From assembly GCA_004193555.1 (NCBI GenBank), contig RPGP01000001.1:274156-338155 (forward strand): a DNA stretch of 64,000 nt. The letters are read 5' to 3'. The DNA comes from Desulfobacteraceae bacterium Eth-SRB1 (GTDB taxonomy: Bacteria; Desulfobacterota; Desulfobacteria; Desulfobacterales; ETH-SRB1). The translations under genes were made by a program, and so were the position numbers. This document shows positions 47,250-56,901 of the stretch, one piece after another. The number at the start of each line of letters is the position of its first letter. The stretch's first letter is position 1. The notes below the pieces were generated by a model that worked only from the letters and a program-made list of their open reading frames with translations, made no database searches and had not been told where the DNA came from.

Positions 47250-48161
47250 TCAAATAATGGTGGTCAAAAATAACAATCCCAGGCATGTGATCATCAGGCC
47301 GGCGATTGTTTGAATCAAATACTCAAGTGTAATCACCAGGCTGCCATTTCCGGCAACCATTCCAAGCGAGGCGGTTTTGCCTAATATGCCCATTACCACT
47401 ACGCATGTGATGGTAAAGGCCATGCCGAGGGAAACGGTAACCCCAAGCATGATGCCCAATCCGATTAGATTCATAGACAGAGCAAACAGCATAACCATTA
47501 CTACCCCGGGGCATGGAATCATACCGACCACCAATGCCGGTAACAAAGGACTGTTGAGATATCGTTTATTGCTCTTATCGAAAGATGGGCGGCTGTTTTT
47601 TGCGCTTTTTATCCACCTGTAAATGCTTTTGATCAGAATACCCAAACCCAGGCAGGTAATCAGGCTGAAGCTGATGATTTGGGTGATGCGGGTTACATCT
47701 TCCAATGTTCCTGTAATACTCTTCTCCAAAATAATGCGGATAATCAGCACAAACAGGATTCCCGACAAGCCATGAAACAGGGCAATAAAATTGCCAAAAA
47801 GCATCCCCCGCAATAATCCTGGACGTTGCGACAGAATGTACGATATGGCAAATAATTTGCCATGCCCTGGACCGGCTGCATGGATCGCCCCATAGGCAAA
47901 GGCAACCACCAATAGAAAGGCTAAAGGTTTCAGGCTGTTGGTCGCTTTGGCCTCGCGCATCAGATCCGCCATTTTCTGGTTGAGCCGGTGCTGCCACAAA
48001 GTGATCATGGACAGAAACTGATTCCTGGCAGCAGGATACGTCGTCACATGATGGGCTTTTGATTCAGGCTTGGCGGTAAACGGGTTCTGCGCAAAAACCG
48101 GCTGCAGCATAACTGCTGTGTAAACAGTCAAAAGGCAAAGTAATAAAAATGTGATTCTCAT
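47250..48161 (-). CDS. nickel/cobalt transporter (HoxN/RcnA-like membrane protein)
   Basis: Polytopic membrane protein with HAAGPGHGK and MIPCPG motifs, paired with a DUF1007 gene. Confidence 0.7.
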   Translation of the reverse strand: MRITFLLLCLLTVYTAVMLQPVFAQNPFTAKPESKAHHVTTYPAARNQFLSMITLWQHRLNQKMADLMREAKATNSLKPLAFLLVVAFAYGAIHAAGPGHGKLFAISYILSQRPGLLRGMLFGNFIALFHGLSGILFVLIIRIILEKSITGTLEDVTRITQIISFSLITCLGLGILIKSIYRWIKSAKNSRPSFDKSNKRYLNSPLLPALVVGMIPCPGVVMVMLFALSMNLIGLGIMLGVTVSLGMAFTITCVVVMGILGKTASLGMVAGNGSLVITLEYLIQTIAGLMITCLGLLFLTTII

Positions 48162-48769
48162 GACTTTAACCTGAATTTCAGAAATAGCGCCCAGGGATTG
48201 ACCATGCCAAAATAAATCGAGGTGGATTTATCTTCTTTAATAGAGCTTTCAATCATAAATCGATCTCCATTCTCAATAAATGCGGGCCGGTTTCTGGCAA
48301 AGAAAATGGCGGTAAAATAGGAGGAATCATATGCGGCAATAACGATTTGTTTAAACAATTCGCCGGCTTTCACATGGCAAGGCACAAAAAAGCGATAGGA
48401 AAGCCTGCCGTTTTTTAAAACTGCATTAAAATCCTTGATCCACTTAACTTTGAAGGGCTGACCATCGATTTTCACGAAGACAAAATAATCGTATTCAGCA
48501 ATATATAAGAATGCTTTTTCTTTCACCATTGCAACTTCGGCTGCTTCCAGAGAGCTGTTTTGGTTTTGATCGTAATCCGCAGCAATCATACTGCTGAACA
48601 TCTCATCGAAATTCCACTCGACCCAAAATCCTGTCAGGCCTTGATTGTCAAACACGATGCTCAATCGCTGGACAATGAATATATGCGGATGGGCAATTAC
48701 ATTAGAACCGATACACAAGACGTTCAAAAAAAGAATCAAATATAATACCTGTTTTCCAAACCAAATCAT
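48158..48769 (-). CDS. DUF1007-family periplasmic protein (partner of the Ni/Co transporter)
   Basis: Signal peptide followed by AHPHIFI. 4-nt overlap with the transporter gene. Confidence 0.6.
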   Translation of the reverse strand: MIWFGKQVLYLILFLNVLCIGSNVIAHPHIFIVQRLSIVFDNQGLTGFWVEWNFDEMFSSMIAADYDQNQNSSLEAAEVAMVKEKAFLYIAEYDYFVFVKIDGQPFKVKWIKDFNAVLKNGRLSYRFFVPCHVKAGELFKQIVIAAYDSSYFTAIFFARNRPAFIENGDRFMIESSIKEDKSTSIYFGMVNPWALFLKFRLKS

Positions 48770-48838
48770 GTGTATCTCACCATCAGGTCAAATCCGTTAT
48801 CAACGGCAATCTTTTCAGCGAGCCCTAAAGCGCCGGTG

Positions 48839-49921
48839 TCAGGCTCTGGAATATGTTGCGCTATCCTGGATGAACTCTTCGATGATCTCGTCGGTCAGGG
48901 ATGGAGTAATTTGTGCAACAACTTTGACAAATGTCTCTGTGGTAACCTTATACTCTTGCTTGCTTGTATACTCCAGCTCGAATGCCGACTGTGCAACCTT
49001 CTGGAACATATACTCGATATCAGCAGGTGTAAATCGATCGGTAAGAGCGGTGACTTGATCGATGTCAACATCTCCTGTATTGAGTCTGGACAGATAGTGC
49101 CTCAATATCGTTTCCCTCCCCTTATCATCCAGTCCTCCAACCGGAATAATGCAGTCAAATCGTCCTGGGCGGAGCAGCGCGGCATCTAATTGCCGGATAT
49201 AGTTGGTGGCACATACCAGCAGGATCCTGTTTCCCTGGTTTTTCAGCAAAGGCACCTGTTTCAAAAATTCATTTGTGATCGATTTGTCAATGCGGTTAGC
49301 TGTATCCCGGCTGGCTGCTATTTCTTCAAACTCGTCTATGAAAATGACCGCTTGTTCCAGTTGGCGGGCTTTTTCCATGACATTGCGCAGATTGACGCCA
49401 AGTTTATCTATTCCATCAGCCATGAGCATGCTGGGCGCAATTTCAATATACCACCATGACAGGACTCCTGCTATTGCCTTCACGAAATGGGTTTTTCCGG
49501 TTCCGGGCGGGCCAAAAAAGATAATCGTTTTGGGAGAAACAACGCCGTGTTTTCTGGCAAGCTTTTCCTCGGTTAAAGGAAGAATAATTCTACGTTCAAC
49601 CACCTGCTTGGGCGGCTGAGAATCGGAAATGGTGTTCCATATTTCTCTGCCGACTGTCTGCGCCCCCATCTCTGCAAGGAGGTCAGGCTGCTTATAAGCC
49701 ATGAATTCTTTGTGAGCCTGGTCGATGTTTCCAAGAAAATCTATGCTTGCAGTTCGCAGCCCAACGTCGCGGCCGAGTTTTTCAGACATAAGCCATTTGT
49801 GTTGCAAAATTTTCGGCCAAAGCTCGGCAGCAATATCAGGGGCAAACTTCGAACCGCTGAATTCAAATATCTTGCCTGCACATGCTTCTGGCAAGAGTGT
49901 ATCTGTATTACTTTCGTTCAT
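48839..49921 (-). CDS. AAA+ ATPase (CDC48/FtsH-type module) with an unrecognised N-terminal domain
   Basis: Walker A GPPGTGKTH, Walker B VIFIDEFE, and the second region of homology LLRPGRFD. Confidence 0.8.
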   Translation of the reverse strand: MNESNTDTLLPEACAGKIFEFSGSKFAPDIAAELWPKILQHKWLMSEKLGRDVGLRTASIDFLGNIDQAHKEFMAYKQPDLLAEMGAQTVGREIWNTISDSQPPKQVVERRIILPLTEEKLARKHGVVSPKTIIFFGPPGTGKTHFVKAIAGVLSWWYIEIAPSMLMADGIDKLGVNLRNVMEKARQLEQAVIFIDEFEEIAASRDTANRIDKSITNEFLKQVPLLKNQGNRILLVCATNYIRQLDAALLRPGRFDCIIPVGGLDDKGRETILRHYLSRLNTGDVDIDQVTALTDRFTPADIEYMFQKVAQSAFELEYTSKQEYKVTTETFVKVVAQITPSLTDEIIEEFIQDSATYSRA

Positions 49922-49981
49922 GATTTACCTCCGGGCTTTACCTGCTTTCCCAAGCCTCAACATATATCAAGAGAGGACATA

Positions 49982-50077
49982 ATGGCAAAAGAAAGATTAT
50001 CTACGCGAAAAATAAGAGAGATTTTAAGACTTAAACCGGTAGACAGTAAAAGGCGCTATGAAAGATGTCTTGACTGA
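49982..50077 (+). mobile_element. IS21-family transposase (IstA) N-terminal fragment, 31 codons
   Basis: MAKERLSTRKIREILRLK matches the characteristic IstA N-terminus. The reading degenerates and stops at 50075-50077. Confidence 0.5.
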
Positions 50078-50115
50078 ATCTTCAATGCCGTCAAATTGAT
50101 AATTCGTAATAGGAA

Positions 50116-50439
50116 TCAGTCATCATTAATATACTGCTGTTCTTTATGCAAAATTTTCTTTTGTATAGGAGTATTAAGATTAATACATATGTCTTCTTGT
50201 TCTTTTTTCACAACCATTCCATCAATATCTATTAATTCACCACATAATAATGTCAATTTTCCGCTCACCCGGTATTCAACCTCCATTTTTCTATCATAAA
50301 AAAACCTAAGTGCCCTTTCGGATAAATCTGCGACTTTAAACTCGTTTTCGCCAACTTTTAAAGTGGGCCTTTTATCAGGTTTATAAGTTACCCTTAAATT
50401 TTTTCTTCTTTCTGGGCCATTATATTTTACATTTTTCAT
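50116..50439 (-). CDS. PilZ-domain protein
   Basis: 107 aa with ERRKNLR...(D/N)xSxxG-like DLSERALRF. Confidence 0.65.
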   Translation of the reverse strand: MKNVKYNGPERRKNLRVTYKPDKRPTLKVGENEFKVADLSERALRFFYDRKMEVEYRVSGKLTLLCGELIDIDGMVVKKEQEDICINLNTPIQKKILHKEQQYINDD

Positions 50440-50482
50440 TGGAGATCCCTTTAGTCAATTGCTTAAATTATTACTCAGTTTC

Positions 50483-50848
50483 CTATCCAATTAGCTCTGC
50501 AACCTTATTTATCAATGCCAGGGGACTGAAAGGTTTTGTAAAATAGTCGTCAGCGCCGGCGGCAAGGCCTTCTTCCCTTTCATAGCTCTGGCCTTTAGAG
50601 GTTAACATAATTATAGGACATCCTTTGGTTTCAGGATCGTTCTTCAATATCCGGGTGGCTTTCAGCCCATCCATTTCCCCTTGCATCATGATGTCCATAA
50701 TAATCAGGTCAGGTTTTTCGGCCTTCACAATCTCAATGGCTTGTTCCCCGCTTTCAGCCTGAAGAATCTGGTAATCTTCAATTCTGAGAGTCATATCCAC
50801 CAGCCTTCTAATCTCGAACTCGTCATCTACTATTAGGATTTTTTTCAT
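50483..50848 (-). CDS. single-domain response regulator (CheY-like)
   Basis: MKKILIVDDE, LIIMDIMMQGEMDG and MLTSKG motifs. The start is moved to ATG 50846-50848. Confidence 0.85.
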   Translation of the reverse strand: MKKILIVDDEFEIRRLVDMTLRIEDYQILQAESGEQAIEIVKAEKPDLIIMDIMMQGEMDGLKATRILKNDPETKGCPIIMLTSKGQSYEREEGLAAGADDYFTKPFSPLALINKVAELIG

Positions 50849-50941
50849 TGCTTTACACCCCCTATTCCATTTCGGATTCCGCAATTTGTTTTGCTGTCAG
50901 GCAAACCATGCCTCCTTCAGAAAAATACTTGACCGGATTGC

Positions 50942-51133
50942 TCAAAATCTTTCTAAGACCTGCCCGATCTTGTCTGACTCCTTTCCAGTGTGGAGGCATA
51001 GGCTGAATATGGGACAATTACAGCAACTTTCCCCGTTTTTTGCCGAGATTATAACAATTTTCTGGCCGCTTCTTATTTTTCTCAAAATCTCCGAAAAACC
51101 GGTTCTCAGTTCTCCTGTTGTAAGTGTTTGCAT
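50942..51133 (-). pseudogene. Phd/YefM-type antitoxin, frameshifted
   Basis: MQTLTTGELRTGFSEILRKIRSGQKIVIISAKNGE then continues sensibly only in another frame (KVAVIVPYSAYASTLE...) after an a6c-g4-a3 homopolymer patch. Confidence 0.45.
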
Positions 51134-51526
51134 ATGGGCCTCTTTGTATTGTATATTTGTTTAAAATATTCAGTTCTTGGCGACTTGTCAAGAACTGAAA
51201 AACAACGGTTCTCCGTTTCTTTTTGAGCTTGATTTGCAGGTTTCATATAATAATATATAAATAATTATGCTGGTTGTCTTGGATACCAATATCATTATCT
51301 CCGGCCTTTATTCAAAAAACCGCCATGTTGTCGGCTGTCAGGTAGTGACCGGTAAACGGCTACAACCTTTGCTTAACAGCATTTACAACATCAAAGGTAA
51401 GGCTCAGCAGCGCTGGAATCAGGAATATGGTCTCCTACTTCGTATATTTTTTCTTGTTGACAATATGAATATTCAGTCGCATAAAGACAATTAGTTCATA
51501 TGGTGACGGATAACTCACAAAGTGAG

Positions 51527-51668
51527 ACCTTTGAAAAATGTTCAATTTTGTTCGAGTACAAGGAAGGCGAAAATTTCAACCACAGGAATACATTGAGTAT
51601 TTCGAGGATTGAAATTTGAGCCTGACGCAGTAATCGGGCAAAAGGGAGCGTTTTGCAAAGGTCTCAAA
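51527..51668. repeat. nested inverted-repeat element upstream of tetR, sharing two blocks with 14349-14415
   Basis: gtgagacctttgaaaaatg pairs with cgttttgcaaaggtctcaa, and gaaaatttcaacc pairs with ggattgaaatttg. The reverse complement shares acctttgcaaaacRctccc..ttttgc and tcaggctcaaaYttYaatc with 14349-14415. Confidence 0.6.
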
Positions 51669-51683
51669 GTATAGAGGTTTAAG

Positions 51684-52331
51684 ATGGAAAAAAGCAAGCT
51701 TTCAAGAAAGGAACGGGAATATTTACGCCACCGTCAAGAGATTCTTCAGGTGGCGCTGAAACTCTTCTCTGAAAAAGGCTTCCACAATGTTTCAATGCAT
51801 GAGATAGCTAAAAAGTCCGAATTTGCGGTTGGAACACTGTATAAATTCTTTTCAAACAAAGAAGACCTTTATAAAGCACTTATGCTGGAAGTGTCGAACA
51901 TGTTTCATTCGTCATTAATGGCAGCACTTGCAACATCCGGGAATGAACTGGAAAAGATTAAGGCGTGTGTGGAAGCCAAGTTAAAAGTCTTTATGGATAA
52001 TTTAGACTATGTCCGTCTTTATTTGGCTGAAACACGTGGAGCTGGTTTTAATGTCAAGGCTGGTCTGGATACCGACATAAAGATGAGCTATGAAGAGTTC
52101 GTTAAAAAACTGGCACGTGTATTTGAAAAAGGAATTAAGAAAGGACTTTTCAAGAAATTTGATTCCTACCTCCTTGCAATTGCCCTTAACGGTATTTCTA
52201 ATGCCTTTCTATTTCAGCACCTGGAATATCCTGATGCCCATCCGTTTGATGCGGATTTGATTATAAACATATTTTTTCACCGGGTTTATGAAAAGGGAGA
52301 AATGGAAAAATGCAATACAAAAACAGTTTGA
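51684..52331 (+). CDS. TetR/AcrR-family transcriptional regulator
   Basis: N-terminal HTH FSEKGFHNVSMHEIAKKSEFAVGTLYKFF, upstream of the efflux operon. Confidence 0.85.
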   Translation: MEKSKLSRKEREYLRHRQEILQVALKLFSEKGFHNVSMHEIAKKSEFAVGTLYKFFSNKEDLYKALMLEVSNMFHSSLMAALATSGNELEKIKACVEAKLKVFMDNLDYVRLYLAETRGAGFNVKAGLDTDIKMSYEEFVKKLARVFEKGIKKGLFKKFDSYLLAIALNGISNAFLFQHLEYPDAHPFDADLIINIFFHRVYEKGEMEKCNTKTV

Positions 52332-52521
52332 ATTATTATCGACTGATAACTCCTGAGGTGCCTATGGGCTTTAAGCACAGGTGGCTGCGGCAGGCTAAAG
52401 GCACAGTCTTTATGGACAACGTCTCCTTTATTCGCCTCTATTTTGCTGAAACCTGGGGACTCTAAAAACCCAAATCCGCTCGCTATTATCAATATTACTA
52501 TTAATACTTGGAGGATCTCCG

Positions 52522-53727
52522 ATGCAACTCAGTGAAATAGTTTACAAACCCCTCAAATGGACTGTGGTGCTGGCCGCCCTGTTAAGCACCCTTTTGCTGG
52601 CAGGTTGCGATCGCCAACAGCAATCCCCGCCGCCTCCTCGTGTTCCGGAAGTAGCCACGGTGACGGTTCAACCTCAAAAGGTCGTACTGACTACTGAATT
52701 ACCGGGCCGCACGTCCGCCTTCCGTGTTGCAGAGATCCGGCCCCAGGTCAGCGGCCTGATACTAAAACGCCTGTTTACGGAAGGTTCCGATGTAAAGGTC
52801 GGCCAAGCGCTCTATCAGATCGATTCCGCTCCCTTTCAGGCGGTGCTCGACAATGCCAAGGCCGCCCTCGGCCGGGCCGAAGCCAATCTGCCTGCGCTCA
52901 GGTCGAGGGCCAAGCGTTACAGGGAATTACTCGCGGACAAAGCAGTGAGCCAGCAGGACTATGACGACGCGGCTGCCGCCCTGACACAGGTCGAAGCGGA
53001 TATTCAGTATTGGAAAGCGACGGTGGAAACGGCCCGTATCAATTTGGGCTATACCAGGATCACCGCGCCCATCTCCGGCCGGATCGGCAGATCCAGCGTG
53101 ACGGATGGTGCTATCGTCACGGCCTATCAGCCCATCCCTCTTGCCATTATCCAGCAACTGGACCCCATTTATGTGGATGTTACCCAATCCACCACCGAAT
53201 TGTTGCGCTTGAAACGCCGTCTAAATGACGGCCGTCTTGATAACGATGGAACGAACCAGAACAAGGTCAAGCTCATCCTGGAAGACGGCACAGCATATCC
53301 ACAGGAAGGGATGCTGCAGTTTCGCGATGTCACGGTGGACCCAACCACCGGATCCGTCATACTGCGGGTTGTCTTTCCAAATCCTGAAGGCGTTCTTCTG
53401 CCGGGCATGTTTGTCCGGGCGGTGATTAAAGAAGGCGTCAAGGAACAGGCCATCCTTGTTACCCAGCAGGGGGTCGCCCGAGATCGCAAGGGGAACCCCT
53501 TCGTGCTGATCGTAGATGCTGAAAATAAAGTGGTTATGCGAATGCTCACCCTTGACCGTACCATCGGCGACAAATGGCTCGTGTCAGCAGGCCTTGCTCC
53601 CGGTGATCGTGTGATTGTTGAGGGAAGGCAAAGGGTGCGGCCCGGTGCGGCTGTGAAGGTTGTCCCTTTTAAAGAGGATGAGACGAAGCCAGCGACACCT
53701 GAAAATACAACCAACGGAGGCGCGTGA
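52522..53727 (+). CDS. RND efflux membrane-fusion (periplasmic adaptor) protein
   Basis: Lipobox LLAGC, with RVAEIRPQVSGLI and ITAPISGRIGRS motifs. Confidence 0.9.
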   Translation: MQLSEIVYKPLKWTVVLAALLSTLLLAGCDRQQQSPPPPRVPEVATVTVQPQKVVLTTELPGRTSAFRVAEIRPQVSGLILKRLFTEGSDVKVGQALYQIDSAPFQAVLDNAKAALGRAEANLPALRSRAKRYRELLADKAVSQQDYDDAAAALTQVEADIQYWKATVETARINLGYTRITAPISGRIGRSSVTDGAIVTAYQPIPLAIIQQLDPIYVDVTQSTTELLRLKRRLNDGRLDNDGTNQNKVKLILEDGTAYPQEGMLQFRDVTVDPTTGSVILRVVFPNPEGVLLPGMFVRAVIKEGVKEQAILVTQQGVARDRKGNPFVLIVDAENKVVMRMLTLDRTIGDKWLVSAGLAPGDRVIVEGRQRVRPGAAVKVVPFKEDETKPATPENTTNGGA

Positions 53728-56700
53728 TGTTATCGAGATTCTTTCTGGACCGTCCTGTCTTTGCCTGGGTTATAGCCATTGTCATGATGACGGCAGGCGT
53801 CCTGGCAATCTATAATCTCCCCATATCGCAGTATCCCCCCATCGCGCCGCCGTCCATCGCCATCGATGCATTTTTCCCAGGGGCCTCGGGGGAGACTGTT
53901 GAAAACACCGTGACTCAGATCATCGAGCAGAAGATGACCGGTCTGGACGATATGATCTACCTTTCCGGCACCAGTTCTTCGTCCGGCGCGTCCCGTATCC
54001 AGCTTACATTCGCTCCGGGGACCGATCCGGATGTGGCCTGGTCCAAGGTACAGAACAAATTGCAGTTAGCCATGGCGAGCCTGCCCGATGTGGTCCAGCG
54101 TCAGGGGGTCAAGGTCAGCAAATCGACTAAAAATTACCTGATTATTGTGGGGCTGATTTCGGAAGACGGCAGCATGGACGGCGTAGACCTTCGGGACTAC
54201 TCCCAGTCCAATCTGGAAAAAATCCTGTCCCGGGTGCCGGGTGTAGGCGAGGTGGAAAATTTCGGCACCCAGTATGCCATGCGGATCTGGGTCAACCCGG
54301 ACAAACTGACCAGTTACCATCTGACAATGGAAGATGTCATCATGGCGCTGCGGGCGTATAATGTAGAGGTCTCCGCCGGTCAATTCGGCGGGGCGCCGGC
54401 CGCGGAGGGCCAGCGCCTGAACGCCGTTATCATCGTCCAACACCTGCTCCAGACCCCGGAAGAGTTCGCCGCCATCCCCATCCGAACCAATCCGGACGGC
54501 TCGGTGGTCCGAATCAGGGACATCAGCCGCACGGAATTAGGGACCGAGCGTTACGACATCGTCGCAAATTACAACGGCAAGCCCTCCGCCGCTATGGCCA
54601 TCCGGCAGGCCGCCGGCGCTAATGCGCTGGATACGGCCAATGCCGTCAAGCAGAAACTCAAAGAAATGAGCCGATACTTCCCTCCCGGCATGAAGGTTAT
54701 TTACCCCTACGACACTACCCTTTTTACCCGGGTGGCCATCGAAGAGGTGGTCAAGACTCTGGTCGAGGCAGTTCTGCTGGTTTTTGTGATCATGTATCTT
54801 TTCATGGGAACCTTCCGGGCCACCCTCATCCCCACCATTGCCGTGCCGGTGGTGCTCCTGGGGACGTTTGCGATTTTAGGGCTCTTCGGCTTCTCCATCA
54901 ACATGCTGACCATGTTTGCCATGGTTCTGTCCATCGGCCTGCTGGTGGATGACGCCATCGTGGTGGTTGAAAACGTGGAGCGGATCATGAGCGAGGAGGG
55001 ACTTTCTCCGAGGAAAGCCACGGCCAAGTCCATGGACCAGATCACCAGCGCTTTGATCGGCATCGGGCTTGTGCTCTCGGCTGTGTTCGGTCCCATGGCC
55101 TTTTTCCCCGGCTCCACCGGAGTCATCTACCGCCAGTTTTCTGTAACCATCGCTGCCTCCATGCTGCTTTCAGTTCTGGTGGCCCTGATCTTGACCCCGG
55201 TGCTCTGTGCGTCGCTCCTTAAGCCGGTGCCCAGGGGGCATAAGCCGGCAGACAATGCCGTTTCTTTTCTGCGGCCCTTTTTCAGGTGGTTTGACCGCTT
55301 CTTTTATGGTGCCAGAGAGCTGTACGTCAAACTGGTTGGCCGCATGCTGGCCAAAAAACTCCGCTATATCTTTCTGTTTGTGCTGATCGTGGCCGCTATG
55401 GGATATCTGTTCCAACGCATGCCGACCGCCTATCTCCCGGATGAAGACCAGGGGAGCCTGATGGTTCAGGCCATGCTCCCCTCGGGCTCGACCCTGGACC
55501 AGACCCAGAAGGTCATGAATAAGATCAGGGACTATTTTATGGAGCATGAAAAAGACGGGGTGGATTCTTTCATGTCGGTCGTTGGTATCAGTTTTGGCGG
55601 CCAGGGGCAGAACATGGGTATGGGATTTGCCAAACTCAAGGACTGGAAGCTTCGTGAGCGGACGGACCTGAAGGTCAAGGCCATCGCCGGCAGGGCCATG
55701 AGAGCGTTTTCCCAGATAAAAGGCGCCATGGTGTTCGCGTTTCCGCCGCCGGCAGTCATCGAATTAGGCAATGCCACCGGGTTTGATTTTCAGTTGCAGG
55801 ACCGGGGCGGCCTGGGCCACGAAAAACTGATGGCAACCCGCAACCAGCTCCTCGGTATGGCGATGCAGGATCCGCGATTGATCAGCGTCCGGCCCAACGG
55901 CATGGACGATGTATCCGAATACCACATTGACGTGGACTGGGAAAAGGCCGGCGCCCTAGGCGTTCCCATCACTTCCATTCATAACACCATCGCGGCGGCC
56001 TTCGGCAGCGCCTATGCCAACGATTTTATCCAGGCTGGTCGGGTCAAAAAGGTCTATGTTCAGGCAGATACCCCATTTCGCATGCTGCCGAAAGATTTGA
56101 AAAAACTCTATGTGCGTAACAGCATGGGCAAGATGGTCCCTTTCTCTTCCTTTGCCTCCGGACACTGGGCACTGGGTTCTCCCAAGCTGGAGCGCTACAA
56201 TGCCTTTCCATCCATCAACATCTGGGGCGAGCCGGCGCCGGGAAGGAGTTCTGGTGAGGCCATGGCTGCCATGGAAGAAATCGTCTCCAATCTGCCCCAG
56301 GGGATCGGTTTTGACTGGACCGGGCTTTCCTACCAGGAACGGATGGCCGGCACCCAGGCGCCCCTGCTGTATGCATTTTCCATTTTCGTAATCTTCCTGT
56401 GCCTCGCGGCCCTGTATGAAAGCTGGCCCATCCCCATCGCAATTCTGCTGTGTCTGCCCCTTGGGGCCATCGGCGGGGTTATTGCTTCTTCCATGCGGGG
56501 AATGCCCAACGATGTCTATTTCCAGATAGGGCTGCTGACTGTCCTGGGCCTGACCACCAAGAATGCCATCCTGATCGTTCAGTTCGCCAGGGCCAGAGTC
56601 GATGAAGGGGCAAGGCTGGTCGATGCAACTTTAGAGGCAGCCAAATTAAGACTGCGACCAATTGTCATGACCTCGTTGGCCTTCGGGTTCGGTGTTTTAC

Positions 56701-56900
56701 CCCTTGGGCTTGCAAGCGGGGCCGGAGCAGGTGCACAAAAGGCCATCGGCATTGGAGTACTGGGAGGAATGGTTACCTCAACCTTCCTGGTGACTTTGTT
56801 TGCACCGCTTTTTTACGTAATGATTTACAAGGCATTAGGAAAACACAGAAAGGACGTAACGATGAAGCATGTTGAGAAAAGTACATCAGAGGATCAATGA
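53724..56900 (+). CDS. RND multidrug efflux permease (AcrB/MexB-type, HAE1)
   Basis: 1058 aa starting FFLDRPVFAWVIAI, with GLLVDDAIVVVENVER and 12 TM helices. Confidence 0.93.
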   Translation: MMLSRFFLDRPVFAWVIAIVMMTAGVLAIYNLPISQYPPIAPPSIAIDAFFPGASGETVENTVTQIIEQKMTGLDDMIYLSGTSSSSGASRIQLTFAPGTDPDVAWSKVQNKLQLAMASLPDVVQRQGVKVSKSTKNYLIIVGLISEDGSMDGVDLRDYSQSNLEKILSRVPGVGEVENFGTQYAMRIWVNPDKLTSYHLTMEDVIMALRAYNVEVSAGQFGGAPAAEGQRLNAVIIVQHLLQTPEEFAAIPIRTNPDGSVVRIRDISRTELGTERYDIVANYNGKPSAAMAIRQAAGANALDTANAVKQKLKEMSRYFPPGMKVIYPYDTTLFTRVAIEEVVKTLVEAVLLVFVIMYLFMGTFRATLIPTIAVPVVLLGTFAILGLFGFSINMLTMFAMVLSIGLLVDDAIVVVENVERIMSEEGLSPRKATAKSMDQITSALIGIGLVLSAVFGPMAFFPGSTGVIYRQFSVTIAASMLLSVLVALILTPVLCASLLKPVPRGHKPADNAVSFLRPFFRWFDRFFYGARELYVKLVGRMLAKKLRYIFLFVLIVAAMGYLFQRMPTAYLPDEDQGSLMVQAMLPSGSTLDQTQKVMNKIRDYFMEHEKDGVDSFMSVVGISFGGQGQNMGMGFAKLKDWKLRERTDLKVKAIAGRAMRAFSQIKGAMVFAFPPPAVIELGNATGFDFQLQDRGGLGHEKLMATRNQLLGMAMQDPRLISVRPNGMDDVSEYHIDVDWEKAGALGVPITSIHNTIAAAFGSAYANDFIQAGRVKKVYVQADTPFRMLPKDLKKLYVRNSMGKMVPFSSFASGHWALGSPKLERYNAFPSINIWGEPAPGRSSGEAMAAMEEIVSNLPQGIGFDWTGLSYQERMAGTQAPLLYAFSIFVIFLCLAALYESWPIPIAILLCLPLGAIGGVIASSMRGMPNDVYFQIGLLTVLGLTTKNAILIVQFARARVDEGARLVDATLEAAKLRLRPIVMTSLAFGFGVLPLGLASGAGAGAQKAIGIGVLGGMVTSTFLVTLFAPLFYVMIYKALGKHRKDVTMKHVEKSTSEDQ

Positions 56901-56901
56901 T

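Noticed and set aside
52927-56661. Many 60-180-aa alternate-frame and antisense ORFs within the RND operon (e.g. 53169-53714, 54707-55126, 55170-55547)
   Set aside because: They overlap genes with unmistakable AcrA/AcrB-type motifs. Long stop-free alternate frames are expected in GC-rich DNA.
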